From: Eledone cirrhosa
Lineage: Eukaryota
Direction: 5' to 3'
NCBI GenBank assembly: GCA_964016885.1
Contig: OZ024742.1
Span: 190,526,001-190,590,000 of the forward strand
DNA: 64,000 bases
The notes below the pieces were generated by a model. The model searched no databases, was not told the DNA's origin, and was given only the letters and a program-made list of their open reading frames with translations. Below are positions 29,993-42,848 of the stretch, piece after piece. How positions within the stretch are numbered: the stretch's first letter is position 1; the number at the start of each line of letters is the position of its first letter. The position numbers and the translations under genes were made by a program.

Positions 29993-32239
29993 TAACAAAG
30001 GAATTGTGGTAAGGAACCAGATGGACCATAACGCACCAGAGTACTCAATACTTAGGGTAGTAGAGTGGGAAATAGGAAAAAGTATGACCCCGACGGCAGA
30101 GCGCAAGCCGTTTAGACGGCTATTTCTGGACTAAATTAGAATTTTTAGCCTGGTGAATAAATAGCCGAACTTGTCAAGGGGGTACTTCCTTATATGGGAA
30201 GATTGTAGTTGTCAAGTTGATTGGTTAAGATTTGTTGTAAACACAAATAAATCTATCATGGCATTTGGTGGGAGGTAGGGGTGGCTGAACTTGCCTGTAG
30301 AACGATGGGGGATTGAGTGGAGCGGTCAAGCGTTGAAAGTAATATGTATACAGCAGATTCTAAGGATAGTGTATGAAGTGGAGGAGGGAGGTTATAGAAT
30401 AGGTAAATCGAATGAGAGTAGGAGACAATAAAAGATACTAGAAATAAATAAAAAAATATATTAAATTAGATAGTGAGAAATGAATAAAAAAATCACAATG
30501 CTATCTTACAATTACAGGTTAATAAGTTGAGAAGAGAAAAAACTTGCAGAAATTACAAAACTGATATCAACTTAAAGGGGTTTTTAACACATCTGCTATA
30601 AGTAGTTAGTGGAACGTATTCGGCCGATTCTAACTTAAAATTACAGGGGTGGGGAAACTGAAGCTACAGAGCCCCGATGGGCTGCATCCAGGTAGGCGAA
30701 AGGGGGAAAGCAGACAAGGAAGAAAATAGGGAGTGGAAGGAAGTGATAGGATGAGACAGGGGGTAGAAGAAGACAAAGAGGAAAAGAAAAGAGATACAAC
30801 TACCTATGTAAGCTGGGGTTTCCCCTAACTTATTCGGGAAGTGTGTGTGTGTGTGGGGGGGGGGGGGGTGTTCAGCCCTTGTCTACCCACCCGTGTCGTT
30901 ATGGGGTTTGAGGGCGAGGTAAGTCCTACGCAATCTGTGTTTGCATGGTCCTTCGAAAACAGCATTTGTAATGTATTCTCCGAGCATAAGTTACACGGAC
31001 AGCGTCCTCCCGTATAGAAGTTAGCTCTGGACAGTAAGCTCCAAGTGAGATTGTAGGTTATATTATTATCTTGGAGGTCCCAGATGTGGCCTGAAAGTGT
31101 AGTGGCATGTCGCCGGACCGGTTTTCGTAAAGTATGTCGGTGTTGATAGAGCAGGGTCGTGAAGTCACCCGCGGTTAATACTATATAAGCTTTGTTGGAG
31201 GTGTCCCTCCTCACGGTGCACTGGTAGATCACGTTACGTTCTCGGCATTTGTTGTTAAGGGGTCACGTAGATCTATCAGGGCAGTTACACCTCCTGGTCG
31301 GCTCTCCACTGATGTCTAGGTTATTTCTTCCATAAATGCTGTTTTCGAAGGACCAACTCCTAAACAAGAAAGACGAACTGGTAACCGCATGCAAACAAAC
31401 ACAGATTGCGTAGGACTTACCTCGCCCTCAAACCCCATAACGACCCGGGTATGTAGACAAAGGCTGATACCCCTCCCCACACTTGCCGAATAAGTTAGGG
31501 GAAACCCCAGCTTACATAGGTAGATGTATCTCTTTTCTTTTCCTCTATGTCTTCTTCTTCCCCCTGTCTCATCCTATCACTTCCTTCCACCCCCTATTTT
31601 CTTCCTCGTCTGCTTTTCCCCTTTCGCCTACCCCGATGCAGCCCATCGGGCTGCTGTAGCGTCAGTTCCCCCACCCCTGTAATTTGAAGATAGTATTGGC
31701 CGAATCACTAACTACTTATAGCAGACGTGTTAAACCCCTTTAATTTTGTATCAGTTTTGTAACTTCTACAAGATTTTTCGATTCTCAACTTATTAACCTG
31801 TAATTGTAAGATAGCATTGTGATTTTTTTTATTCATTTCTCATTATCTAATTTAATATATTTTTTATTTATTTCTAGTATCTTTTATTGGCTCCTACTCT
31901 CATTCGATTTACTTATTCTATAACCCCCTCCTCCACTTCATACACTATCCTTAGAATCTGCTGTATACATATTACTTTCAACGCTTGACCGCTCCACTCA
32001 CTCCCCTATTGTTCTACAGGCAAGTTCAGCCACCCCCACCTCTCACCAAATGCCATTATAGACTTATTTGTGTTTACAACAAATTTTAGCCAATCCTCTT
32101 GACAACTACAATCTTCCCATATAAGGAAGTACCCCCTTGACAAGTTCGGCTATTTATTCACCAGGCTAAACATTTTAATTTAGTCCAGAAATAGCCGTCT
32201 AAACGGCTAGAGCTCTGCCGTCGAGGTCATACTTTTTCC

Positions 32240-32241
<2 letters not shown>
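29993..32241 (-). mobile_element. PLE 3' fragment with ~900-bp inverted arms
   Basis: ORF 30825-31232 is a GIY-YIG remnant (IYQCTV..YIVLT..HRHT..TLSGHIWDL..CNLC). Arms 30073-30970 and 31333-32240. Confidence 0.85.
32131..32228 (+). ncRNA. Hammerhead-like motif, U3:A8 core, extended stem II
   Basis: ACCCCC-TTGACAA-GTTCGGCTATTT...AAATAGCCGTC-TAAA-CGGC..GCCG-TC-GAGGT. The paralogue at 41015-41112 has GAAA in place of TAAA. Confidence 0.55.
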
Positions 32242-32285
<44 letters not shown>

Positions 32286-32715
32286 TTACAATAATCAAAG
32301 TTCAGTTTAAGTCATTTATTTGCTTACAATTGTTTCCTCCAAACCGAGGTTTGGATTCTTCGGAGCAACTATTTACTGATCTATAACATACTTGACCTCC
32401 TTTTCAACCCAAGAGACATAAAACATATGCACATATTGATCAACAGTGGGGTGCCATTCATCAAATGATATAGCATGGCAATTTACATATAAAGGTTGCA
32501 GGATAAAAATAAAATAAAAACATGAATGAAAATAAAGATAAACATGAAGCGTTGGCAGTCTATGAAGATAAAGCAAGAGGAAAGTTTAGATTAGTCAGTG
32601 TATGAAACAATCTCACGTGTAGCATGCACGCGTGTCTTATTTATACATGATTAGAGTGCGTCAGAATGATATTTGCAGGGTCAGGCAGTTGAAACAGGCA
32701 ATATATATATATATA

Positions 32716-32975
32716 GGGAGTGTAACTTAGAGTTACTGTAGGTTCACCCGGGTGAGTACTCAATGTTTAGGTTCACTTCAGTGTCGAGGTGTAGAGCTAT
32801 ACAGAGTGTATTATAGTTAAATGAGATAACAAGGACGATTAGTTACTCCTTCATTACGTTTATTGGTTGGCGACGCGCGTTTCGCCACTGAGACCAGCTG
32901 AAGTTTTGACCTTTAGCGATCTGACCTGACTCTGTAAACCGCGGCTCGGCAGACCCCTTGTAATGTTAATGGAAG
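32716..32975 (-). repeat. PLE terminal repeat related to 58795-59045 / 61030-61182
   Basis: Shared AGGGAGTGTAACTT.GAGTTACTG.AGGTTCACCCGGG and ACGCGCGTTTCGCCACTGA. Confidence 0.75.
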
Positions 32976-33024
32976 TTTATTTCACACACACACATACACA
33001 CACACACACACACACATACACACA

Positions 33025-33095
<71 letters not shown>

Positions 33096-34111
33096 CTGTG
33101 TGTGTGCGTGTTTGAAATAAACTATACCTTTTAGCTGCTACATACAAGCCAAAAGAAGATTCTAGACGTTCACGTAGGACAGACACATATCTTTTCAGCG
33201 AAGCCCATATTACCTTCAAGTTTCATTTGAAGAGGAAAATCAATTTAATAGAGGGGAACATAGTCCCAGTAAACGGGCTTGCTCTGAGCATGCGCCTGTT
33301 GAGAGGAGGAAGAAGACTGTGAGAGGACACATTCCCAAAACCAAAATACCAACACACACTCACACACACACACACACACACATGTACCCCCCCCCCACAC
33401 ACACATATACACACATGCGCCCCCCCCCACACAATGTTTTCTCTGCGGTCATTAATGTTTACTTTGTGGGTAATAAAGAAATCACTTTTATTATTATCGT
33501 TTTTCTTTATTCTTGGTGTTTTTCGTACACGGGTATATTACAGATCTCTCTGAGAATTTTGCCAAGTGCATCCTATTCTAAGAAAATTCTAGATGTTTCT
33601 CCCTATCAGGTAGACTTAAGATTTTGTCAGAGTTTGTTTTGTTTTTGACATCTCTAAGAAATATTTATTTCGTTTTACATTCAACTTAAGATGGCTTTCC
33701 GCAATAATAAAATAAACTAGAAAAATGTGTAGTTGGACGGGGAATCAGACAAAGGAGAAAAATGATAATTTTATGTGAAAGAAGGATAACATTAACCTTC
33801 GCAATTCAAACGGTTAAGAACAAGAACAATAACAACGACAGTATTAATACTGCACGCACAAGTATTGGGAAGTCAGGAACATTGAGAAATATAATCTTTT
33901 TCCATTCTCTAATATCGGCGGTTAAAATAACGACTAAACGAGAGCCAACTGGAACTATATGTCTGTATTGTAAGAAGTGAGAGCAATGATGGTTACGTAA
34001 ATGACATTTTAAAGATATTACATTACGTGTGGCTTCGACAAAAGCCGTGTCGAAATAACTAAGGCCGAGATTTCTTTTGTAAAGCAATTAGAAATAACCG
34101 TTCACTATATA

Positions 34112-34876
34112 TCTATATATATAAAACAGAGAATGTCTGTCTGTCTGTCCGTTTCCCTAAAACTCGAGAGCCACCCAACCGATTTTTTTCAAACTTTACG
34201 CATGTAATATTTATGGTCGTTTGAGTAAAAAATATTTCAAATGTTCAATGCCCTAGGCGAATCATTAGGCGAAAAACCGCATATTTTAGGCTTTAAAGGC
34301 TCTTTTGAGACATAACGGAACAATACTCCAGGCGATTTCTTCAAAGTTTGCATTACTTATGTCGTTTAAAGTATTTTGAGCAAAATAAATTTTCTTCTTT
34401 TGGGTCCCAGGGACCGCATTAGGCGAAAAACAGATTTTTTGGAGGCCGAAGGGGATATACTCGATTGGCTGAAGAAGGACGAGACTCTGTTAGTAGTACG
34501 ACCAACGGCTGCTATCACACCAACAGCAGCAAAAACAACAACAAAAAAGAGGGGGAACGCAATTACATGCTTTTGAAAAATCGAAATGGAAAATTATTTG
34601 CCTCTTCACCCAAGGCGACTTCACTTTTTATTATGACTTCTGCATTAATTGGTGAACATACGACGAAACATTGAAAGGAGTAAGACCACACCAATCTCTA
34701 CCACTGCAGTCCCACATGCTTACTGCTCTGTAACAATTGCTTTCATTGTACCATAGCCCAACAAATATATGTTCGCCATCCCTAGGCCGAGGTATTCCGT
34801 ACTGTTTCAGAAAGGAGGGATAAACATGCCAATCTATGTTTAGAATCTCGAGCAACGCCGGGCCATTCTGCTCTAG
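34112..34876 (+). mobile_element. Non-autonomous Helitron
   Basis: A|TCTATATATATAAAA start, (GTCT)n near the 5' end, subterminal CTCGAGCAACGCCGGG hairpin, end CTAG|T. Confidence 0.8.
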
Positions 34877-34884
34877 TATATACA

Positions 34885-34934
<50 letters not shown>

Positions 34935-34953
34935 GTGTGTGTGTGTGTCTGTA

Positions 34954-35010
<57 letters not shown>

Positions 35011-35042
35011 ATGTGTGTGTAGATATGTTTATACACACACAA

Positions 35043-35120
<78 letters not shown>

Positions 35121-35385
35121 GGGTCTCCAAAAGGTGTATATACACTTTGATTACCTGTACAAGAAATATTTATTAGAATACTGTCGAAGTGTGTATACAA
35201 TTTTGGGGGACACCATATATATATATAACAAAGAAAGTGTGGTAAGAAACCAAGTGGACCATAATGCACCAGAGTACTCGATACCTAGGGTTGTAGGGTG
35301 GGTAATAGGAAAGGAACAAGGACCCCGTCGGCTGAGCTCCGGTCGTTTCGGCAGCTAGATCCGAGTGTTCGGATCTAACTGTCAA

Positions 35386-35441
<56 letters not shown>

Positions 35442-35821
35442 GTGAGGTTATTTTTACAAAATGAAAAATAACCGAGGTGTCCTACACGAGTGAAAGTATA
35501 AAGAAAAAAAGATGAAATCGAAAATGCAACTGGAGTCTTATTTAAAAAAATATATATATATTTATTTGGTTCCTTTACCGGTTTCCTAGTTGTTCTGCTT
35601 TTCAAAAGTAGAGTTGAGATGAAGGGTCTGTGGTCATTCTCACATCTGGTTGGTATTTGAATGTTACTTATTTTATATGAAAAAAAGTGTCTCGAAACGT
35701 CAGGTTTTTAGTGAAGTAATTTGATTGGTTGATCAATAATTATAATAAATTTCGCGCCAGTTCGCGTTACAAAGTTCTTCAAACAAGGGGGCGGGGGCTC
35801 AGGTTGTATTTTTATATATGA

Positions 35822-36870
35822 GTGTTTTAATTTCTTTTTACTTAAAAAAGGGGCTCACGAAGGCATTTTTTTAATAAACGTAATTTGATTGGTTATAAAT
35901 GAAATTATGGTTGTCACGTGAACAAGTTTTCATTAAATTTCGCGCCCTTATTTGGAAATCTATTCTGTAGCCTTTTTAGAGAATTTTATGACAAGCTATA
36001 GATAATGGTCAAGAGAAATGGGATGAGAGAATTGTTCTGGTTCAGTGAATATGGTTAGTTCGCTGGGGTGTCAGAATTCAGATTTTCTATTGAAATAAAG
36101 AAAGTAAAGATATGTATGTTTATTTGTGTGCTTGTATGTGTGTGTGTGTGCGTGCGTGTGTGTGTGTGTGTGTGTGTTGTGTGTTTGTGTTTGAATTTCT
36201 TTTTACTTAAAAAAGGGGCTCACGACGGCATTTTTTTAATAAACGTAATTTGATTGGTTATAAATGAAATTATGGCTGTCACGTGAACGAGTTTTCATTA
36301 AATTCGCGCCCTTATTGGGAAATCTATTCAGTAGCCTTTTTAGAGAATTTTATGACAAGCTAAAGATAATGGTCAAGAGAAATGGGATGGGAGAATTGTT
36401 CTGGTTCAGTGAATATGGTTAGTTCGCTGGGGTGTCAGAATTCAGATTTTCTATTGAAATAAAGAAAGTAAAGATATGTATGTTTATTTGTGTGCTTGTA
36501 TGTGTGTGTGTGTGTGCGTGTGTGTGTGTGTGTGTGTGTTGTGTGTGTGTGTTTGAATTTCTTTTTACTTAAAAAAGGGGCTCACAAATGCTTTTTTTTT
36601 AATAAACGTAATTTGATTGGTTATAAATGAAATTATGGCTGTCACGTGAACAAGTTTTCATTAAATTTCGCACTCGTATTTGGAAATCTATTCTGTAGCC
36701 TTTTTAGAGAATTTTATGACAAGCAAAAGATAATGGTCAAGAGAAATGGGATGGGAGAATTGTTCTGGTTCAGTGAATATGGTTAGTTCGCTGGGGTGTC
36801 AGAATTCAAATTTTCTATTGAAATAAAGAAAGTAAAGATATTTATGTTTATTTGTGTGCTTGTGTGTGTG
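35822..36870. repeat. About 365-bp tandem repeat x3 in the PLE 3' UTR
   Basis: AATTTCTTTTTACTTAAAAAAGGGGCTCAC recurs at about 35829, 36195 and 36556. Confidence 0.9.
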
Positions 36871-37343
36871 AGTGTGTATTGGAAGATGATTCTATTAGTA
36901 GAAATGGGGGAGGGAGTTGTGTGTGTGTGTGTATATGGGTGTTATGTGTGTGTGTGTGTCTATATTTTGTGTGTGTATATATGTGTGTAGGAAAGTGATT
37001 CTATTAGTAGAAATGGGGGAGGGAGTTGTGTGTGTGTGGGGGGGAGGGGGGTTATGTGAGTGTAAGGGTATTATGTGTCTGTGTGGGAGTATGGTTAGCA
37101 TGTTAAGATGAAGAGAATATACATATATTGTGTGTGTGTAGGAAAATGATTCCTTTAGTAGGAATATTTTTGAATGAACATATTTTCCTTACTTATTCGT
37201 ATTTGTTCTGTTGTATTGTCAGCGCAAACGTATGTTAAGGTTTATTTAGTTCGGGTTTTTATTTTCTAAAGTAGCAGGTGTTATGTGTGTGTGTATGTGT
37301 CTGTTTGGATGGTTAGCATGTTATGGTGTTGACATCATGTATA

Positions 37344-40300
37344 TTAAACCATATTTAATGCTGGTCTATATTTTTGAATAAACATATTTTCCTTATTTAT
37401 TCGTATTTGTTCTGTTGTATTGTTAGCGCAAAGGTAAAATGGGAAGACTTGGAATTTGGGTGTCTTATTACTTGCGCATATGTATAGATGTGCATTTAGT
37501 GGTTTCTGTCTCGTGGTTGGATTTCGTAATTGTTCGCGATGAACTGTCATTCTGTTTCTGAGTGTGAGTTTAGTTTGTCCTATATAATCTTCATTGCATC
37601 CTTTACATTTAATGGCATAAAGTAGATTTTTTGATGAGCAAGTGAAGTGATTTTTTACAGCAAAATTTTGTCCTGATTTAAATGTATACGTGTTGCCTTC
37701 AATGAGGTGAGTGCAGGTTCCACAATTAGAGCGACCACATTTTTTAACAGTTGGTTGTGGGTTTATGGTAGGTAATTTGGCATTGGTGAATAATGTTTTC
37801 AGTGATTTCGGTTGTCTTTTGCTTTTGATTATTTTGTGTGTTTCAATGGCTTTTTTCATTCTTGGGTCTTGTTTTAGTAGTGGGATGTTCTTGTGAATAG
37901 TGTTGTAAGCTTCCGCATTTCTTGGGTTGTGTGTTGAGATATATGATAGAATATTGGACGTGCCTTGAATTTGTTTCTGTTTTCGTAATTCACCAATGCC
38001 TATTGCTTTAGCCCTTTCTATTCCATTATTAGTAATGGTGGGTACTCTCTTTCGAGTAGAATTTCCTTTAATTCTTGAAGTCTTTTATTTCGCGTTTCAT
38101 AATTGAAGACAATTGTGCAAATTCTTCTTGCTAGGTTAAAAGAAATGTTCGTCTTCGTGTGCTTTGGATGGTTGGAGGTAAATAGCAGGTATTGTTTGGA
38201 ATCTGTTGGTTTGTAGTGTATGTCAGTTTCAATATTTGTGTCTTTTTTTAAGATTAAGATGTCCAGAAATGGGAGTTGATCTTGGCTGTATTCCATTGTG
38301 AATTGGATGTGGTTATTGATGCCGTTTATTAAGTTTTTGAAATCCTTCAGTTGGTCGAGTGTGGGGGACCAAAGAATGAGACAATCATCCAAGTAGCGTT
38401 TCCAATTCTCTGATAAATATTTGTGGAAGTTCAATCCGTATTTTGATTTGGACTGTTCCTATATCTGGACTTCCAAGTATGCCATGACTAAGTTAGCATA
38501 AGTTGGAGCGGCTTTTGTACCCATCGCAGTCCCCGATATTTGCTTATAAGTACTGCCATCGAAATAAAAAAAGTTGTTCTGTAAGATGAATTTTAATCCC
38601 TCGGTGATGAAGCTTTTTTCTATTCTGCCAGGTATCTCATTGGGATATTTCTCTAGCCAGAATCCTATTGATTCTAGTCCGTATTGGTGTGGGATCGTTG
38701 AGTAGAGGCTCACTACATGGAAAGACACAATAATAGTGTCGTTGTTGACATGTTTGGGGAGGTGGTTTAAGAGGTCCAAGTCGTATCTTACAAGACTTGG
38801 TATGTGTTTGAGAATTGGTTTTAGTAGTATGTCTATAAAGTTGCTCAGTCTGTGTGTTTCACATTGTGGGCCCGCTACAATTGGTCTTAATTTAAGGTCT
38901 GTGAGGTATTGTGTGTTCACGCAGGCTGGGGTGGATTGTTTACAGGCATCGTTAATTATTTTACACTTGTGGATCTTCGGAAGTCCGTAAAGGTTGCTGG
39001 TTTTGTATTCAAAATGTGTTAAATAATCGCGTTCCTTTTTAGTTAAGTCTTCCTGGTATCGACAAATCAGTGTGTTTAATCTGGTCATTGTTTTGATTGT
39101 TGGTAGTTTTTTTACTCTTTCACAGTAATTAGCATTTTGTAAGAGAGAGAATATAGAATTTTTATATTTTTCAGCATCCAAAATGACAACAGTACTTCCC
39201 TTGTCCGCTTCCTTAATTATAATGTCCGTATTGTTTTTTAGTTCATGGATAATCTCCCATTCCCTTCGACTCGTGTTAGGTTTGGGTTTAGGTTGCGGTA
39301 GTTCATGGTATGGGAAAGTAACTATGTGGTCACAAAATTTGTCCAGAACTCTGTTTCTACCTTTTGTTGGGTTGTAGCTGCTTTTATTTCGTACAATTGA
39401 TTCATCGTTATTCTCCTTGTCAAAGAATTCCTCTGTGAGACGTACTTTTCTACAGAAGTGTGAGATATCGTCATTTATCTCATTGAGGTTAGAGTATTGT
39501 GGTGTTGGTGTGAATTTTAGTCCTTTGGAGAGAATATTTACTTGTTGGGCTGAGAGGTTTGTATTTGAAACGTTGATTATTTTCGGTTTTTCAAAATCGG
39601 TTTGTGACACCGGGTGTCGTGGGTCCTGTAGCCTTGGTCTAAAAAATGATTTTTCTGGAATGTTTTTTCAATGGTATTATTATATCTAATGGTATTTCCC
39701 CTGTTGTTGTGTGGCCTTGTATAGAAGTTTCGGATGTATTGAGGTTCGGTTTGTTGATAGTCCGGGTTGTAGATTTGGTTCCTTTGTGTTGGTTGGGATC
39801 TACGGTTTTGGAACAGGCTCTGTCTGGGCAGGGGTCTACGCTTTTGAAATAGGTTTTGTGTGGGTTGTGATCTGCGGATCGGGTCCTGTCTTGTGTTGGG
39901 GGATATTCGGTTTTTGTTAGTAGGGTTATAGTTTTGTCTATGGGTTCTGGGATTATCGTTATAGTTTTACCGGGGGGTATGTTGGACGTTTTGTTACTTT
40001 TTTTGTTATTTGTTGTCCATGTTTTGTTACTTTTTATGTTATTTGTTGCATGTGGTGTGTGAGCTTTAGTTTGTTTTAAAAATGGGTTACCTGTATGTTG
40101 TTCATTTTTGAAGTCCATTTCGTAGTTTTTGAACCAGGTGGTGTTTTTTTTCCATCGCTGGAGGGATGTTAGTTCTTCATCCTCACAGTTTTCTTTCCAA
40201 AGTTTTAAGGTTCTTTCGTAGAGTAGGCCTTCAGAGTGCTTTGAGATTTCTGTGTCCATCTGTTGGTCGAGTGACTTGAATTTTTCTTCGTTGGAGTTGG

Positions 40301-40600
40301 CTCTTAACCGCAACAGTTCTATTTCTATTTTAAATTTTTCTAACGCCATCTTTCCCTAAGTCTTTGTTGGTTTTCTGGTTCATTCCGGATGGGTTTTATT
40401 TGGATTTTTTTGGGGAGGATGATTGGGGTAGAGGTTAGCCACTTTTCATATATGTCTGCCTTGTCATTATTTTTTAGGAGATTCCAAAGGGTGAATTTGC
40501 GGGCTGTGAGCTTTTGAGTCCATATATTGATTAGGGTGTTTTTCACTGAGTGGACATCTCGTAGATTGGGTTCAAATGGTTGTTCCAGCTTTTGGAGCAT
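37344..40600 (-). pseudogene. PLE reverse transcriptase-GIY-YIG polyprotein, multiply frameshifted
   Basis: PLE RT motifs followed by a C-terminal GIY-YIG domain in consecutive ORFs. Confidence 0.9.
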
Positions 40601-40639
40601 TGCTGTTTCAATGGTTTCGACACCACACTAATACAAATC

Positions 40640-40870
40640 ACTATCATTTGCATAAAAATGCTGAAACCGGTAATAGACAATTATTAAAAATATAAATAGA
40701 TAAATAAATGCAATTGTTAATTAATAAATAAATCAATTAATACTTTAACACTTCACACAAAGTAAAACATTTCGTTTTAATCATTTTCTAAGCCAGAAAA
40801 AAGAGAGAAAGAAATAAAAAAGGAAAAAAAGATATTTTTCTCTCTAATAATCGTCTCTTTCTCCCTGTTT
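40640..40870 (+). repeat. PLE terminal repeat with half-HHR (GCAT aaaa ATGC-T-GAAA-CCGG-TA)
   Basis: Reverse complement copy at about 52575-52772, next to a GIY-YIG fragment. Confidence 0.7.
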
Positions 40871-40880
40871 TCATATATCT

Positions 40881-40920
<40 letters not shown>

Positions 40921-40924
<4 letters not shown>

Positions 40925-41122
40925 CGAAGGAGTTGTGGTGAGGGACCAGATGGACCATAACGCACCAGAGTACTCAATACTTAGGGTAGTAGAGTGGGTA
41001 ATAGGAAAAAGTATGACCCCGACGGCAGAGCTCAAACCGTTTCGACGGCTATTTCTGGACTGCAATAGACAGAAATAGCCATCGAAACGGCTTGCTCTAC
41101 CGCCGGGGTCATACTTTTTCCT
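40921..41122. repeat. Short fold-back of the 30-32 kb PLE terminal repeat
   Basis: Matches 29993-30130. Inverted arm 41070-41122. (TA)n flanks. Confidence 0.85.
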
Positions 41123-41725
41123 ATATATATATATATATATATATATATACCCTGTTTGATATAGACATGGCTTCTATAGGACTAGAACTCTTTCATTCAT
41201 TCAAAAGAAATCATCGGAACTGCAGCTAATTGTCAGAATCATTAAAACATCGGATAGAATGCTTTGCGCTATTCGATCCTCTGCCCTCTAACTTATTTCT
41301 TTCTGCATATCGAACTCCTCACGACCTCTGTTGTTGTCTCTCACTCTCTCTCCCTCTCTGAAAGAAATCAAGTGCTTCTGATCTAGTGAGGGGATGGGCT
41401 CCACCAGGTTTTAAAAAATAAATGGCCAAGAAACGTTGTATGACATTACGACACCCCTACGACTCTACCAGGAAATAACGTGTTTATATTTAGATGTATA
41501 ACAAGTAATCTAAAGAATTATATAAAACTTGATTTTGTATTCCATTTCATCATTTGTAATATACTTTCTACATACTTTTTCATTTCTCCCTCCCCCTCTC
41601 TCACATCCTTCTTTCTTTCCATCTATCTATATATAAATATATATTCACATATACACATATACATATACATAAAACTATACCTTTGTGTATAAACAGACGC
41701 ACACACACATACACCCCCATATATA

Positions 41726-41840
<115 letters not shown>

Positions 41841-41928
41841 TATATATATATAATATATATATATATATAATATATATATATATATAATATATATATATAT
41901 ATATAATATATATATATATATAATATAT

Positions 41929-41998
<70 letters not shown>

Positions 41999-42556
41999 CA
42001 TATTTCTCACTATGTTATAATACAGGATCTTTTGAAATTACGACATTATTTGTGTTCCACATAAGAAAATGATCCATAATCTTAAAGGTAAATACGTGAC
42101 GAAAACCTGAAGAACTCTGAAACACTGAAGTAATATGGATAAAAAACAAATGTATTTTGACATCTAGGTATTTCTTTCCATATTTTAAAAATATTTGCTG
42201 TAGAGATCTTAAGAAATGGGTAATAATCTTCACATTTTTCCCATATTCACCGTGCTTTAGCTGTTGGCAAAATTCGCAGAGGAAAAAAAAAGATAAAAAA
42301 TAATAAAAATTAATAATAATAAAACAACTGGCATTCGTTCACTTTGTCTTTTATAGTTGTAACATTGTGAATATGTCAGCGGTTATTTCGAGTTTGCTTA
42401 GTCAGGAAGAGAAACTAAATTACTTTGTTGTACATTTGAATATAGACATTCATGTATACAAGATGCGCTAACACAATATATACACTTGTATGCAGATATT
42501 AATGTCTCTCTCTCTATATAAATATATTAATCTCTCTCTCTCTCCCCATATATATG

Positions 42557-42621
<65 letters not shown>

Positions 42622-42848
42622 TAGATAGATAGATTTCTTTATTTACCATAAAGGCATAAAAAGAAGGGACAAATACAAAGGGGGAGTTTACATATAATCG
42701 AGTAAAAAGGGTGTAACATGAAAATAATCGAAAATAACCTCAAAAGGGAGGGGACGTGATGGGGGTTGCACACACCCCCGAAAAAGTGTGCAATCCTTTG
42801 CCCGGGGAGCACATGGAGAAGGTGCTCCCCTCTCCTTTACTTCTTTAC

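Larger units (their letters stand above)
35435..40625 (-). mobile_element. Near full-length Penelope-like element (Neptune-like), disrupted
   Basis: Frameshifted ORFs 40340-40600, 39639-40349, 38459-39610 (LSKGLKFTP, KEADKG, YGLPKIHK, RPIV, GTAMGT..APTYANL), 38018-38434 (RYLDD, LPFLD), 37344-37859 (CGRSNCGTC, LLYAIKCKGC..YIGQT). Terminal repeat has a U3:A8 HHR remnant at 35572-35609. Confidence 0.92.
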
